A stretch of 64,000 nt of DNA from the human T2T-CHM13v2.0 reference genome, Homo sapiens (GCF_009914755.1 NC_060947.1), one strand, 5' to 3'. Positions 1 to 12,195 are shown, counted from the stretch's first letter. Translations and numbers: made by a program. Notes: generated from the sequence alone by a model not told the origin.

Positions 1-72
1 CCCCTTACCAAATTAGTAGTAGAACTTATGGTCCTTCTCTACTCTAAACTCTCCTCCAGATGCTGGGAAGTG

Positions 73-121
73 AAAAAAAAAAAAAAAAAAAAAAAAAAAA
101 GAAGAAAGAAAGAAAGGAAAA
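73..121 (+). repeat. poly(A) run (28 A) followed by GAA/GAAA purine tract
   Basis: A28 at 73-100 then gaagaaagaaagaaaggaaaa, read directly. Confidence 0.95.
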
Positions 122-255
122 GAGATTGGGCAAAAGTTGAGTTGTTTTCTGCCTGTGATCCTTGGTATCACAACTTTAAAAGTTTTGTTCTGGAGACCCT
201 GTGTATTGCAAAGGTCCCATTCAAGAAGAGGACTTCCTCTCTTTTGGAGAGCACC

Positions 256-847
256 TGTGCAGTAAAGGGTTAACCTAGCAAGCTTGGGGTGTTCCAACCC
301 TGCATATTCCAAAAACAGGGCCAATCAAGGGCTTCTGGGAGATAACTTCTAGGTCCTTGGAATATTCTGCCTGATGAGAGGGTCTTTGTATACCTGGGGA
401 GTTGAGCCACACCAGATAGTTTATGCTAACAATGTGGGTTATGGTAGTGTCCTTGGGCCACTGTGTATCAGTTTGACCTCTGGAGGGGCTGGAGACTGAG
501 TAACTAAAATCAGGCACGTGGGTGCTCCATGACTACTGACTAGTCCTCAATAAAAATCTGGACACCAATACTCCGGAGAGCTTTCCTGGTTGGAAATATT
601 TTGTACATATTGTCACACATCATTGCTTGGGGAATTAAGCACTGTCTTTACTACTCTCCTGGGAGAGGAAAACTAGAAGCTTGTACTCGGTCTCTCATGG
701 ACCCCACCATGTGTACCTTTTTCCTTTGCTGATTTTAATCTGTATTCTTTCACTGTAATAAACCATAACCATGAGTATAGCAGTTTCTGTGACTTGAGTC
801 CTTCTGGCAAAACATACTTGAGGGTGGTCTTGGGAACCCCTGACACA
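256..847 (+). mobile_element. MER21-family (MER21C-like) solo LTR, internally deleted
   Basis: TG..CA termini (tgtgcagtaaagggttaac ... ggtggtcttgggaacccctgacaca); internal gataacttct, gatagtttatgctaacaatgtg and ctgattttaatctgtattctttcactgtaataaacc match recalled MER21C consensus. Confidence 0.8.
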
Positions 848-1715
848 GCCACATGTCCTTTAACTCACAGAGAGTGATGGGGAAGGTCAGGGTTGAAGCG
901 TGGTATGAAAACCCCAAAGCCTTGCCCAGTGTGTGTCAACTCTGACTTGATGTACAGCTTGAACTGGCTATTTTGTCCTCTAGTAGGCAGGGTCTTCACA
1001 AGCCAGGTGAATGTTGGAACCCAAGGACCTGACTGGGGGGAAAGCTGCACTTCATACCTGGGGTTCTATCCACCTGGGGAGGATATTGGTCAGTATCCCC
1101 TTCCCTGAGAATCAGACACATGTGTGCATTTGCCAGGGTTTCCCTTGCCAGGCAAGCATAGCAGAGGTATGGCCTTTAATTGCCTTTGGTTCTCAAAGTG
1201 TTCTGAGCAGTATACCTGAACCACTATGCTTGTTGGTCTGCTCACTTTGCTGTTTTGTTTTTTGAGTAGAGGGAATAGGTTTAATATTACAAAACAAGTC
1301 TTGGCTTGACAGCACAGATAGATGCCTTTGCATGAATGAAAAAGTCAAATCTGGGAGAATGGAGAATGGAAGACCTTAGAGCTTTAGATTTTTCTCTAAC
1401 ATGTTTTATTCAAAGCCTGTTTACCTCTGGATATGGAAATCGGGGACATCCTTTACTTAAAGCCTCTGCAGTGATAACAGCCTAAGTTAGGGCCCCAGCT
1501 CCATTCTAGGTATTTGTTGCTTGGTAGGAAGAAAATCAAAACAGTAAGAAATGAGTGGTTTTACCCATAGTAGCTTGATCCTGGTGGTAAGACAGGGAAT
1601 TGCACCAAAGATCTGACAAATGGTGGGGATTTAAAAAATGCTCAGGATGGTTCTCCCCTCTGTGTCAGAACACATTATTTGAGGCTAAAAGGAGAGGAGA
1701 CTCTTCTTTATGTAC

Positions 1716-1829
1716 TTTTTAAATTGAACTGTAACTAATACACAATAAAATATACGGGTATTCAGTTCAGTGAGTTTTGACATTTGCTTACATCCAGGTA
1801 ACTGCTACCCAAAACAAGACACAGACCAA
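1716..1829 (-). mobile_element. old L1M 3' end fragment
   Basis: tttttaaattgaactgtaac...ttcagtgagttttgacatttg...gtaactgctacccaaaacaaga resembles reverse L1MB/ME 3' terminus. Confidence 0.5.
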
Positions 1830-2075
1830 CTCTGTCCAATAGCAATATAATACAAGCCACATCTACAATTTTAAGTTTTTTTGCAGCCACATTAGAAAAG
1901 GTAAAAAGATACAGGTGAGATTAATTTTAACACTATATTTTCAATCCAGTGTATTTGAGTCATCATCATTTCAACACATAATTAACATAGAAATTATAAT
2001 TAAAATTCACATTTTCTTTGTAACAAGTCTTTGTTACAAGCATATTTTATAGTTACAACACATTTCATTCAGATG
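1830..2075 (+). mobile_element. MER33-like hAT-Charlie DNA transposon fragment
   Basis: ctgtccaatagcaatataatacaagccacat...gccacattagaaaaggtaaaaagatacaggtgagattaattttaa matches recalled MER33 consensus. Confidence 0.75.
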
Positions 2076-2629
2076 CCAATATTAAAAAAATTGTGGTAGA
2101 AAACACATAACAAATGTACTGTGGCCTTCTCTGAAAGGGGTATAAAGTGCTCAGGCTGTGAATGAGTACAGGCTTCTGGAACAGAGAGCTGTCCTTGGGT
2201 TTCACTTCCCAGTGACTTTGAATCCTGAATCCCTGTGGTCAGAAGGCAGACTCCTAGAACTTGATCTGAAGACTGAAACTGTAGCTGAGCCTCTATCTGT
2301 GTCCTCAACTCATTCTTTGCTGTTTGTTTATTTCTTCCGTGTCCCCAGACCCTAACTTCCTTCCACTAATATTACTGAGAATTTGCCAATGAAGGACAAT
2401 CTACAGAGTGCTCCCAAGAGAAAGGCATTGTAATCCCTGGAAGAACTTATAAGTCAGTGGAAGACACTTCCAGACACCTTTAAAAACTATGACATAGCCC
2501 TCCGACTAGAGGTAGCCTATGGTTAGAGGAAGCTTCCTCAGGTTAGAGGAAGGTACAACATGGAAGTATGGCTAGGAGTTGAGGATGCAAAGAGGAGGGT
2601 CTAAGAATGAATAGAGTGTGGGTTAACTG

Positions 2630-2795
2630 TCAGATGGCCAGCTCTACTATTTATAGGCTGTGTCACCTTGAGCCAATTGCTTCATCTCTCTCGGCTTCTT
2701 TGCCATTATCTGCAAAACAGGGATAATACACATATTTACCAGAGCTGTCAAATATTAAACAAAAAAGAATATTAAACATTTGTTGCAATGACTGG
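2630..2795 (+). mobile_element. MIR SINE
   Basis: MIR core ggctgtgtcaccttgagccaattgcttcatctctct...atctgcaaaacagggataata. Confidence 0.75.
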
Positions 2796-2799
2796 CTCA

Positions 2800-2935
2800 T
2801 TTGCTCACTCATTCATTCAACAGATATTTTAAAACATCAACCATATGCCAGGTGCTGGGCTAGTTGCTGCGGATACAGCAATAAAGTGAGGTAGGCGTGG
2901 TCTGTATTCTCTTAAAGTTTGACATCCAGTTGAGG
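2800..2935 (-). mobile_element. L2 3' end fragment
   Basis: cattcattcaacagatattt...tatgccaggtgctgggctag. Confidence 0.7.
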
Positions 2936-3554
2936 AGTTAAATTAACAATATTTATTATCATGGGGAGAGGCAGACATGAGAAAGGCCATGGTGCATGGT
3001 GCAGCTGAAGAAAAGTGAGAGGTTTAAATCAAGTTTACCTGTGCCTGGAGGGAGACAGGGCTGGAGGTTAGCAGAGGGTGATAAAACTGAAGGAGTTAGA
3101 TCGGGTCCCCCATCACAGTCTCAATCCTGCTGAAAAAAGTTTGGAAATCTTCAATAAGTTTTCCAATATTTGGGATTATTCAAGTATTTTAATAAAACTA
3201 GAATAGACTATTGTTTCTCGTGGGGATAATGGAAGACACTCCAGTTTAATTTGCATTTGCCATGTCTTACCATCCTGATTTCAGACTCTTTAAGATTAGG
3301 GAGCATGCTATCCCTGAATCTTCCACCCAAACTGCTTTTGCAGTGTAGCTTAGACTTAGATTCTTCTTGACTCTCTGCATATGTTGGCCAGAACCGGGTC
3401 TGGCACAGAATGAATGTTCAATAGATGTGTGTTGAATGGCTGGATGGGAGAATGGATGGATGCCCAAGACGCTGGCAGAGTCAGTCTGGCTATTCCAGGC
3501 TCCTCCCACAGGTCAACCCCTGCAGAGAAGAGGCATCTTTCCATTCAACAGAAG

Positions 3555-3720
3555 GGGCCCTGGCCTAGAAGTTAAGATGTCTGGGTCTTAGCCCTGTCTC
3601 TGCCATTCATTTGCTTTGTGATCTTGGGCAAGTCACTTAACTCCTCTGGGCCTGTTGCCCAACCTGCAAAACGAATGGGCTTTGACCTCTGGGATCGCTT
3701 CTGTGTTTCACATTTCATGA
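3555..3720 (+). mobile_element. MIR SINE (preceded by a short L2 tail at ~3385-3462)
   Basis: tgtgatcttgggcaagtcacttaactcctctgggcctg core. Confidence 0.75.
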
Positions 3721-5349
3721 TCATCTGGCTCCCAAGGTTCATTTTCTCCAGTCTCCTGGCCCCTGACACTCACATGTTGTGTAAGCTGCTCACTAGCCTA
3801 TATTGTGTGGAACTGAACTCAAGCCAATTAAAAACAGAGTACATTAACAAGAGTTTCAGTGAAGATGTCTGATCCCATTGTTGTTGCAAAGGATTAGTGA
3901 AGGGGCTGCGAGAGGATTATGGTCTCTGTTGAAACCTGTGTTTAATTATTCGTTCCTTTCTCTGTATTTTCATCATACACCCACTGAGTACTTGACCATT
4001 GCTGTGCATGAAGAAGAGGAAGAATTAATCCTCATCTGACCTCTATTTAAATGATACATTTTAGTTTTGACATAGAGTGATTCCAAGTTCTGCCCTGATA
4101 AGGCCAGTTTCCGCCACCTTTTTGATCTGTAACACGTTCTGCTTCCTGGTTTGAGCATTGGACTTGGATTTGTCAAGACATGTCCCTCAGCAATATCAGC
4201 ATTTCTTTTTTGGGACAGTTACTGATTAAGCTCACAGCACTGGGGAGAAAGAACTGAACAGCTAGAAAGATGACAGCCAATGACTATAGGTTTCCCATCC
4301 CATTTTTGTCATCTCTCACAAAACTAAAATCACCATAAGAAATCTTTCTGCATATGTAAGAGTCTGTATTTTCAGCCTTGGAATATTCATTCAGTTTTTA
4401 TGCATCTGATTATGCACATACCAATAACCCTCTAATTTATGGATGCTTGCTATTAGGTTTTGTTTAAATGAGTTCCTTCCAAAAGGAACCAGCCTTCTGT
4501 TCTAAAGAGACACGTAAACCACACGAGGTGAATTTTCCTACAACTGATTTCAAATGTGGAGTTTTCAGGGTGTAATTTAGATGTAGCTGTGGTGGTTTAT
4601 GGCCACAGAAACTGTAGGTGTGTGTGTAGGAGGCTACATGGTACTTACGAATGACTGGAAGCCAGAGAGCAGAGGGAGAGAGCCAGCGGTGGAGATTTTA
4701 GCTCAGTTTCACATCTCTACCCCAAGGCATTAGATGCCGCTAATTCTTCAAAAGCCGAAGATTTGTTTTACAGAAGAAATTCTGATTTGATTAAGATATT
4801 GCTTCCAGACCTAATGTTCCTTTAGCAAATCATGCCTACATCCATGATTAGAAAAAAACTGCATGTTATCTAAGCATAGAAAAGCCTCATGATTTGAAAG
4901 TATTCTACAGAAGTAACATTTAGTGTAATTACAGTACATTTAGATTAATTATAGCCGTGGTTCCGGGCGCCACCATACTTAAGGTTATATCAGCATTTTT
5001 GTTTTTAACCCTGCGTGGAGTAAGTTTATCCTCTGGCTGCATATTTTTTTACTCCAGAAAATATTTGAGTTCCACATAATGTGAGACCAAAATTGAATGG
5101 CCTTTTCTACTTTTAGGCTAACTTTAAAAAGATATAATTTCAGAGAGGCTATTCTCTTTAAGATTGCTGTTTTTCTGTAGAATCTCAAAATAGGCAGAGA
5201 TTAATTTTGAAAAAAATGAAAATGGTCATGATGCTTAGATAAGAAGTTGACTTGCTATAAATGGCTTGTGTTTCCCTTTGAAAGGCTTTATCGCATTGGC
5301 CATAAAGTAAAACCTGGTTGACATTTAACTGCCATGTCTGTCCAGAACT

Positions 5350-5876
5350 TACCTATCTGATCTGAGTGTGTGGCTCCATTCAAATTGGGCCCTTAGGGAG
5401 GCACCATCTTATTCCAACAGTTCTACCTGACCAGGCAGGTAACAGTTTGAAATTTCATCTTTGTGAATGGTCTTTGGAATCTGTGGCTGGTTCTTTTTTA
5501 ATATCATTTATTATAAACTCCAGATTTTCATTTCTTGATGGTAGTGGTGATTGTGATTTTTTTGAAACAACCAGAAAGCAATTTGGAGCAAGATTTGGTG
5601 AGTAAGGAGGCTGATAAGGTTGAATATAGGTTTTACTAAAAAATGAGCTGTGGCTCTAAGATAATGAGCCTAATTTTCATGCATGGTTCATAACTGTAGC
5701 TGAAGGTAATTCCCTCAGAGCAGTTCTAAACATGGTTGAAGAATGCATGTCTCCTTGAGGGTAGTGTATAGTTTCCTCATAGTGTTGCTTCTAAGAGTCA
5801 GCATTTATTTAAATGTTAAATGTCTGGTAGTTTCTCTTATGAAGAGTCTCATTGTCTTATAGTTATACATCATGTA
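5350..5876. mobile_element. MARNA-like ancient mariner-derived element
   Basis: gaaacaaccagaaagcaatttggagcaagatttggtgagtaagg; internal gtggctctaagataatgagcc; terminal agtctcattgtcttatagttatacatcatgta; all resemble recalled MARNA consensus. Confidence 0.6.
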
Positions 5877-5939
5877 AATAAAGGGAGATTTCTTTAAATT
5901 CTAAGTATTGGACTGTAATGAAGCTAAAAATTGTTATCA

Positions 5940-6288
5940 CTTACGGCCTATTTTGCTGTTGCTATAATAGAATACCAGAGACTGGGTAATCTATAAAGAA
6001 CAGAGATTTATTTGTTACAGTTCTGGAGACTGGGATGTCCAAGATCAAGGAGCTGCATCTGGCAGAGCCTTCTTGCTGTGTCCTGCCATAGCAGAAGGTG
6101 GAAGAACGTGGTTCCTAACTGTAGCTGAAGGTAAATCCCTCAGAGAAAGAATGCATGAAAAAGAGAGAGAAAGAGAGAGAGCAAGGTGGGAGCAAGGAGA
6201 GTGCTGAACTCTTGAAGATATCACCTCTCAACACTCTTGCATTAGAGATTAAATTTCTAACTTTGGGGGAGACATTCAAACTACAACA
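5940..6288 (-). mobile_element. MaLR solo LTR (MSTD/MLT1A-like) with internal deletion and a 37-bp foreign insert
   Basis: tgttgctataatagaataccagagactgggtaatctataaagaacagagatttattt...cagttctggagactggg...tttgggggagacattcaaactacaaca. Confidence 0.8.
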
Positions 6289-6374
6289 ACCTGTCACGTA
6301 TAATAAAGGCATTTCCTAAATCTATTATCTTTATACAAATGCATGGAAACATTCTCAAAAATATTTGTTAATGC

Positions 6375-6615
6375 TAGCTAATAGTTGGCATTTTATTGAG
6401 CACTTACCATTAGTCAGGCAGTGTGTTTCCCGTGCTTTAACTGGTTTACCTATGACTTTTTGAGAACCTTAGAGACCCATCCTTTCAAATGGTGCCAATT
6501 ATATTCACAGAGAGGTTAAATAACTTGTCCAAGGTACACAGCTTGTAAAATGCTGAGCTGGGATGAAAAGTCAGGCCAGTCTAACTCAGGGTCTGCACAT
6601 TTTGCCACACCTGAT
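6375..6615 (-). mobile_element. MIR SINE
   Basis: ttattgagcacttacc...cagagaggttaaataacttgtccaaggtacacagc. Confidence 0.75.
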
Positions 6616-7744
6616 GCTTCAATACATTTGATAAACACATGCATCCTGAGTAGAGCCACAGATTACTGCTTCCCAGCATTCTAGCTGTTCTCTTGGTTGA
6701 TCAAGGCAAAAGGAAGGACTGTTCAGCCATTTATTACAGAGCAAGTTGTATCAAATGAACAAAAGAATCAAGGCAAAAGCAGTGAATTTCTCCAGCCCTC
6801 ACTTGGTTTTATTTGTCTTTTCCTTTTCTATTTTGCCCTGCTAGGTTATATTTTACCTTTTCACGGTGGAGTTGTGCGGGCGAGTGGCTCTTATCAGGAA
6901 CAAATGATGCCATAAATCCGGGCTAAAATCAATGAGGTTATGAGCTCTAAGAGTGAGATGCAGTTCTGTGGGCCCAAGTGTTTTCCCTTCTTAACATGCT
7001 GCACCTTTGAAGCCAGAAGCCAGAGGCTTGGGTGTTGTTCTATTCGCAGCTAGTTCTGTCATTTACAGACATATATATAGCTGCTCTGTCACTGAGCTGG
7101 GTTCCCAATACCCATCTTCCCATTTTAAACAAGAGGAACGTCAAGAAGAAATAATAGAGAGTACGTATGCTCTCATGCCTGTCTCCAAACATATAAGAAA
7201 AGAGACAGAAAAGGAAGCGCCAAACAAAACCACCTTTTGGTAATAACACTGTAATGTAAAAATTATAGCCTGGAATTCTTGCAAATGGCTTCATCTTCCT
7301 CTCTTGGAGAGACTGGCACCATCTCTTTAGCCTTACTCAGCTAAAGGGAACTGATTTACCAGTGCCAAATGCATTAATTTAGTAAGAAAGAGAAAAATAG
7401 CAATGGATGCCATTCAATTTTCTGATGACTGGTTATGGCCATTTTATGAAGTACTGAATTCGCTTAGAGGAAACCCATGAACAGACACCAGGCATCCTAG
7501 GTAGTGGCTGTGAGCGAGAAACATGCCACTCAAATACTGTGTCTTCCATTCTCAGCTGTTGGTGCCCTTAGTGTGTGAGATAGTGGTAATAGGAGTGACC
7601 ATTGAGATTTCCACTCCAAAAAGACAGGTTCAATCCTGTAAGAGAAGCTAGTTTGGCAACTGGAGTTGGCCTGTTCTAGTTGACTAGTTGGGAAAATGGA
7701 CTTCTTTTCTACTCCCTCATCACACAGATTTCTTGGCTTGGGGA

Positions 7745-7873
7745 AGGGCCATTACTAGGGTCACAACATTTTAAAAATATCACTAATCAAGATGAATAAT
7801 ATTTTAATGTGGTATTTGTGAAAAATCAAGACGCATGCAGAAAAATCCACAATGAATAAACAATCTGATTTTT
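7745..7873. mobile_element. MER96B-like hAT MITE, left part (split by L1PA)
   Basis: agggccattactagggt...taatcaagatgaataatattttaatg...gcagaaaaatccacaatgaa; continues after the L1 as aaacaaagacaggatctgtaacagtgcc. Confidence 0.7.
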
Positions 7874-8730
7874 TTTTAAACTTTAAGTTCTGGGATACAT
7901 GTGGAGAACGTTACAGGATTATTACGTAGGTATACATGTGCCATGGTGGTGGTTTGCTGCACCCATCAACTCGTCATCTCCATTATGTATTTCTCCTAAT
8001 GCTATCCCTTCTCTAGCCCCTCACCCCGTGACAGGCCCTGGTGTGTGATGTTCCCCTCCCTGTGTCCATGTGTTCTCATTGTTCAACACCCACTTATGAG
8101 TGAGAACATGCAGTGTTTGGTTTTCTGTTCCTGTGTTAGTTTGCTGAGAATGATGGTTTCCAGCGTCATCCATGTCCCTGCAAAGGACATGAACTCATCC
8201 TTTTTTTTATGGCTGCATAGTATTCCATGATGTATATGTGCCACATTTTCTTTATCCAGTCTATCATTGATGGGCATTTGGGTTGGTTCCAAGTCTTTGC
8301 TATTGTGAATAATGGTGCAGTAAACATACATGTGCATATGTCTTTATAGTAGAATGATTTATAATCCTTTGGGTATATACCTAGTAATGGGATTGCTGGG
8401 TCAAATGGTATTTCTAGTTCTAGATCCTTGAGGAATTGCCACACTGTCTTCCACAATGGTTGAACTAATTTACACTCCCACCAACAGTGTAAAAGCATTC
8501 CTATTTCTCCACATCCTCTCCAGCATCTGTTGTTTCCTGACTTTTTAATGATTGCCATTCTAACTGGTATGAGATGGTATCTCATTGTGGTTTTTATTTG
8601 CATTTCTCTAATGACCAGTGATGGTGAGCTTTTTTTTCATATGTTTGTTGGCTGCAAAAATGTCTTTTTTTGAGAAGTGTCTGTTCATATCCTTCACCCA
8701 GTTTTTGATGGGGTTGTTTGTTTTTTTCTT
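7869..8730 (-). mobile_element. L1PA (about L1PA6-8) 3' UTR and ORF2 C-terminus, non-inverted part
   Basis: poly-T then aaactttaagttctgggatacatgtg; ORF 8166-8603 [35 protein letters not shown] is the L1 ORF2 cysteine-rich C-terminus. Confidence 0.95.
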
Positions 8731-9273
8731 CAAACTATACTACAAGGCTACAGTAACCAAAACAGCATGGTACTGGTACCAAAACAGATATATAGACCAA
8801 CAGAACAGAACTGAGGCCTCAGAAATAATGCCACACATCTACAAGCATCTGATCTTTGACAAACCTGACAAAAACAAGCAATGGGGAAAGGATTCCCTGT
8901 TGGAAAAACTGGCTAGCCATATGCAGAAAACTGAAACTGGACCCCTTCCTTACACCTTATTCAAAAATTAACTCAAGATGGATTAAAGACTTAAACGTAA
9001 GACCTAAAATCATAAAAACCCTAGAAGAAAACCTAGGCAATACTATTCAGGACATAGACATGGGCAAAGACTTGATGACTAAAACGCCAAAAGCAACAGC
9101 AACAAAAGCCAAAATTGACAAATGGGATCTAATTAAACTGAAGAGCTTCTGCACAGCAAAAGAAACTATCATCAGAGTGAACAGGCAACCTACAGAATGG
9201 GAGAAAATTTTTGCAATCTATTCATCTAACAAACAGCTAATATCCAGAATGTATAAGGAACTTAAACAAATTT
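8728..9273 (+). mobile_element. L1PA ORF2 segment, inverted 5' part of the same insertion
   Basis: [20 protein letters not shown] and [35 protein letters not shown] are L1 ORF2, in the opposite orientation to 7869-8730; TSD atctgattttt at 7863-7873 and 9284-9294. Confidence 0.95.
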
Positions 9274-9283
9274 GTATGGAAAT

Positions 9284-9440
9284 ATCTGATTTTTAAACAA
9301 AGACAGGATCTGTAACAGTGCCATTCTGAGCCATATTGAAGCCTGAGGCAAAAGGAAAAAATAAGACATTTCGATTTTTAACAGTATTGCATTAAAATTT
9401 CATTTATCTTGATGACAGTTTTTTTCTGGGGGGGGCACCT
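9284..9440. mobile_element. MER96B-like hAT MITE, right part
   Basis: gagccatattgaagcctgaggcaaaaggaaaaat...tattgcattaaaatttcatttatcttgatgac, an inverted match to the left arm taatcaagatgaataatattttaatg. Confidence 0.7.
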
Positions 9441-9619
9441 CCTGTTCTCCTCAAAGTCCAGCTCTAATGCTTTCTCTCTGGGGTTTTACCTGATTTTTCT
9501 CTGTACCCCTCGCCACTTCAGTGTGAATGTATTTCACCTCTGGTCATCCATCAATACTTTCTGCAGATCTCCTTATGGTTTCTGCCATGGTAGACCATAT
9601 TTTTTATGTATTTGAAGTA

Positions 9620-9786
9620 TTTGCGTTTTTTGTAAGACAATGGCTTCCTTGAGGATGAAGTCTATGTCTTTTGCTTTTTGTATCCATAATGCCAGCCAGA
9701 CATTTTGTAGGTAATAATAAACATATTTGTTGATTGTTAAAAACCAAAACATGAGTGAATGAATGAGTTAAATGAATAAATGAACA
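9620..9786 (+). mobile_element. L2 3' end fragment
   Basis: cttccttgagga...taataataaacatatttgttga...gaatgaatga tail. Confidence 0.6.
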
Positions 9787-10707
9787 TAACATTTGAGATT
9801 TCTTTTAGCATTTTATTAGTGGATTTACATTTCAACAATTTTCCTAAATATAACCTTGGGTCAATTTTGACCCTTAATTTGGGAAATCAAAGTCTCCTGG
9901 AAAGAACTGGCTCTAGGGTATTTTCTCTTATAACCATCAGGCAGGGAGTCTTGTTTGCTAAATGGGTAATGATAAAGTCATCTTCATGAACCTATCCAAG
10001 CATTGAACTCATTTTCATTACATAGAAAACTCAAGAGCAATTCAGCATCAAATTAGTCAGTCTTAGGACAGAGATGATATTTTGCTGAGTGTCAGCTTTC
10101 AGTTGATGCTTCATCAAGCCTATCTGGCTTTATTCTAGGGTGTGGTCCTTATCCGGGTCCCTGCCTCAGAATCAGGAGTGGGGTGGGCTTCTCTTTCCAG
10201 ATGCCAATCCTTACCTGTACCTCGTCTCACTCCTACTGAGCCAGGATCTCTAGGGGTTGACTTCTTTGGTCCTAGAAGGAATGCGGTGGAATACACTGCA
10301 GCCCTTAGTAATCTAACCTAAATGGTCTGTGTGGCCAAGCTGTTTGGAAGCCTACTTTACTTTTTTGAGGGCTACATTTTCTTACCCATTTTTATGACAG
10401 TGATTCAGTGGTGAGTTTCTTTTAGCTGAAATGGTTCAACCAAGGGGAAATAATCTTTTTTACTAAAAGAAAAAAAAAACAGAACCAGAGTGGGGCAAGT
10501 TATACAATATTCATGATCACTTCAAATTAGAGAAGTAAAAGTCAATGTTGAAGTGGCCCCTTGCATGTGGAGCTATTATGATTAGGATTCACGGTCTGTG
10601 AAATCTAATCCTAGTTGCAGGACACTATGAAATTATTGAACTTACATATGGGAAAATGTTAATGAAAGTGGTGAGTTCCCACCCACTAACGTTGTTGCTT
10701 GTTTTAG

Positions 10708-10899
10708 AATTTAAGACAACAGTTATGCCAGCAAATGACAGCTTTGTTCTGTCTACCTGATGTCAAATGACTGGTCTGACTGATTTCTTTTTAAACCACA
10801 TTTAATCAATTGTCAAGTCGCTTTGGCATCACACAGACACAGCCTGTGCTGTGCTGGGAGCTGTGTATTGATTTAGTGTTAAGAAGCCATGGCTGAATG
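10708..10899 (+). other. candidate non-coding exon (192 bp)
   Basis: branch-like cactaac (10684-10690), gttgttgcttgttttag acceptor, ATG|gtgagt donor; stops in all three frames. Confidence 0.3.
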
Positions 10900-11329
10900 G
10901 TGAGTAAAAGTCATGCAACACCAGAATATAAACCATGGAAAGAATGGAGACTCATAATCACAGACACTGCTGCTCAGCTTTCCCAAGTTCTTCAGAAAAG
11001 TACAACCTCTAGTGTCTCCCCTGGGCCCCTTGTTTTCTGCAAGCAACTCTCCAAAAGATTCTAAACCTCACTCATAGCTACGGGTAACAAGCCACCAAAG
11101 GGCCTCAGTTTTGTCTTCTCATGTAAGCAGTCATTAAAACAATCTGTCTAACCATGCTTTCTTCCTTTGCTTCCCCAAGCCCTCTGGAAACCAAGGCTAG
11201 AGACATAGGTCAGCTTAACTATTCCAAACAAAACCCCAAACAAACCTGAAGACAACTGAGTTCAGGCTGAAGGTGATTTCATTGTTATTCCCAAGAATAA
11301 TAGATGTCTCCCTTCCTCTCTCTTCCTCT

Positions 11330-12195
11330 CTTTATTCCTTCCCCTATCTCTTTTCCTTTCTTGACCTCCTGAAAGGGGCCTGCCAAACTGGAGGCCCTGA
11401 ACTAGGTACTGGGGGCTCAGTGGGGAACTTGATGCCTGGTTGCATGGAGTTTACATTTCAGTCAGGGTCTGCAGACATGAAAAAAGCCACAAAGAAAGGC
11501 ACAATCCAGTTTCAGATTGCAATAACTCATCAGAAGAAAGTAAAACAGGTTCCTGTAATGCAGTTACAGAAGAGGAAGAGGCCGACTTTAGCCTTGGTTG
11601 TCTGAGAAGGCCCTGTTTGAGCCGAGGCCTGCAGGATGAGAGGAAGCTGGTCAAGTGTGGATCTTGGGGAAGCATTTCAAGGAGACAGCAGTGCAATTAC
11701 AAAAGGCCCTGAGGCAGGGACATGCCTGGCTTGTTCACAGAATAAAACGAGCCTTGTTAAGGATGGTAACTTTATAGAGGATGAGGTTAGGGATGTAGGC
11801 AAGGATCAGACCTGTGGGTACTTCAAAGGGCCAGATAAGCAATTGGAATTTCATTCTACCTGCAATGGGAAGCGTTTGGAGGAGTTTAAGCATGGGCAGG
11901 GGGATCTGATTTACATTTTAAAGGGGCACATTGGCTGCTATGTGGGGAACAAAATGTAGGAAGGCAAAGAAGGCAGTGGAGGCCAGCTGGGAGGCTGTCA
12001 TTGCAGTGGTGTGCACCAAGGCAGTGGCCATGGAAGGAGAGAGAGGTTGGAGGTGGAGTCCACAGAAGTTACTGATGGATCCTGTGTGTGTGTGTGCATG
12101 CTGGGGGTGATGGAGGTGAATGAAAGGGAGGAGTCCAGTATACCTTCTCAATTTTTGTGTTGAGCGGCCAAGAGGATAGTGGTGCCATTTGCTAT
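11330..12195 (-). mobile_element. L2 LINE fragment
   Basis: tgcatggagtttacatttcagt, aaaggccctgaggcaggga, ggaatttcattctacctgcaatgggaagcgtttggaggagtttaagc, ggtgccattt. Confidence 0.85.

Noticed and set aside
13-324. Poly-Lys and poly-Phe ORFs
   Set aside because: Produced by the poly(A) run.
8045-9296. ORFs with reverse-transcriptase-protein similarity, including 8618-8971
   Set aside because: Truncated, frameshifted L1 ORF2 pieces. ORF 8618-8971 is a chimera across the inversion junction.
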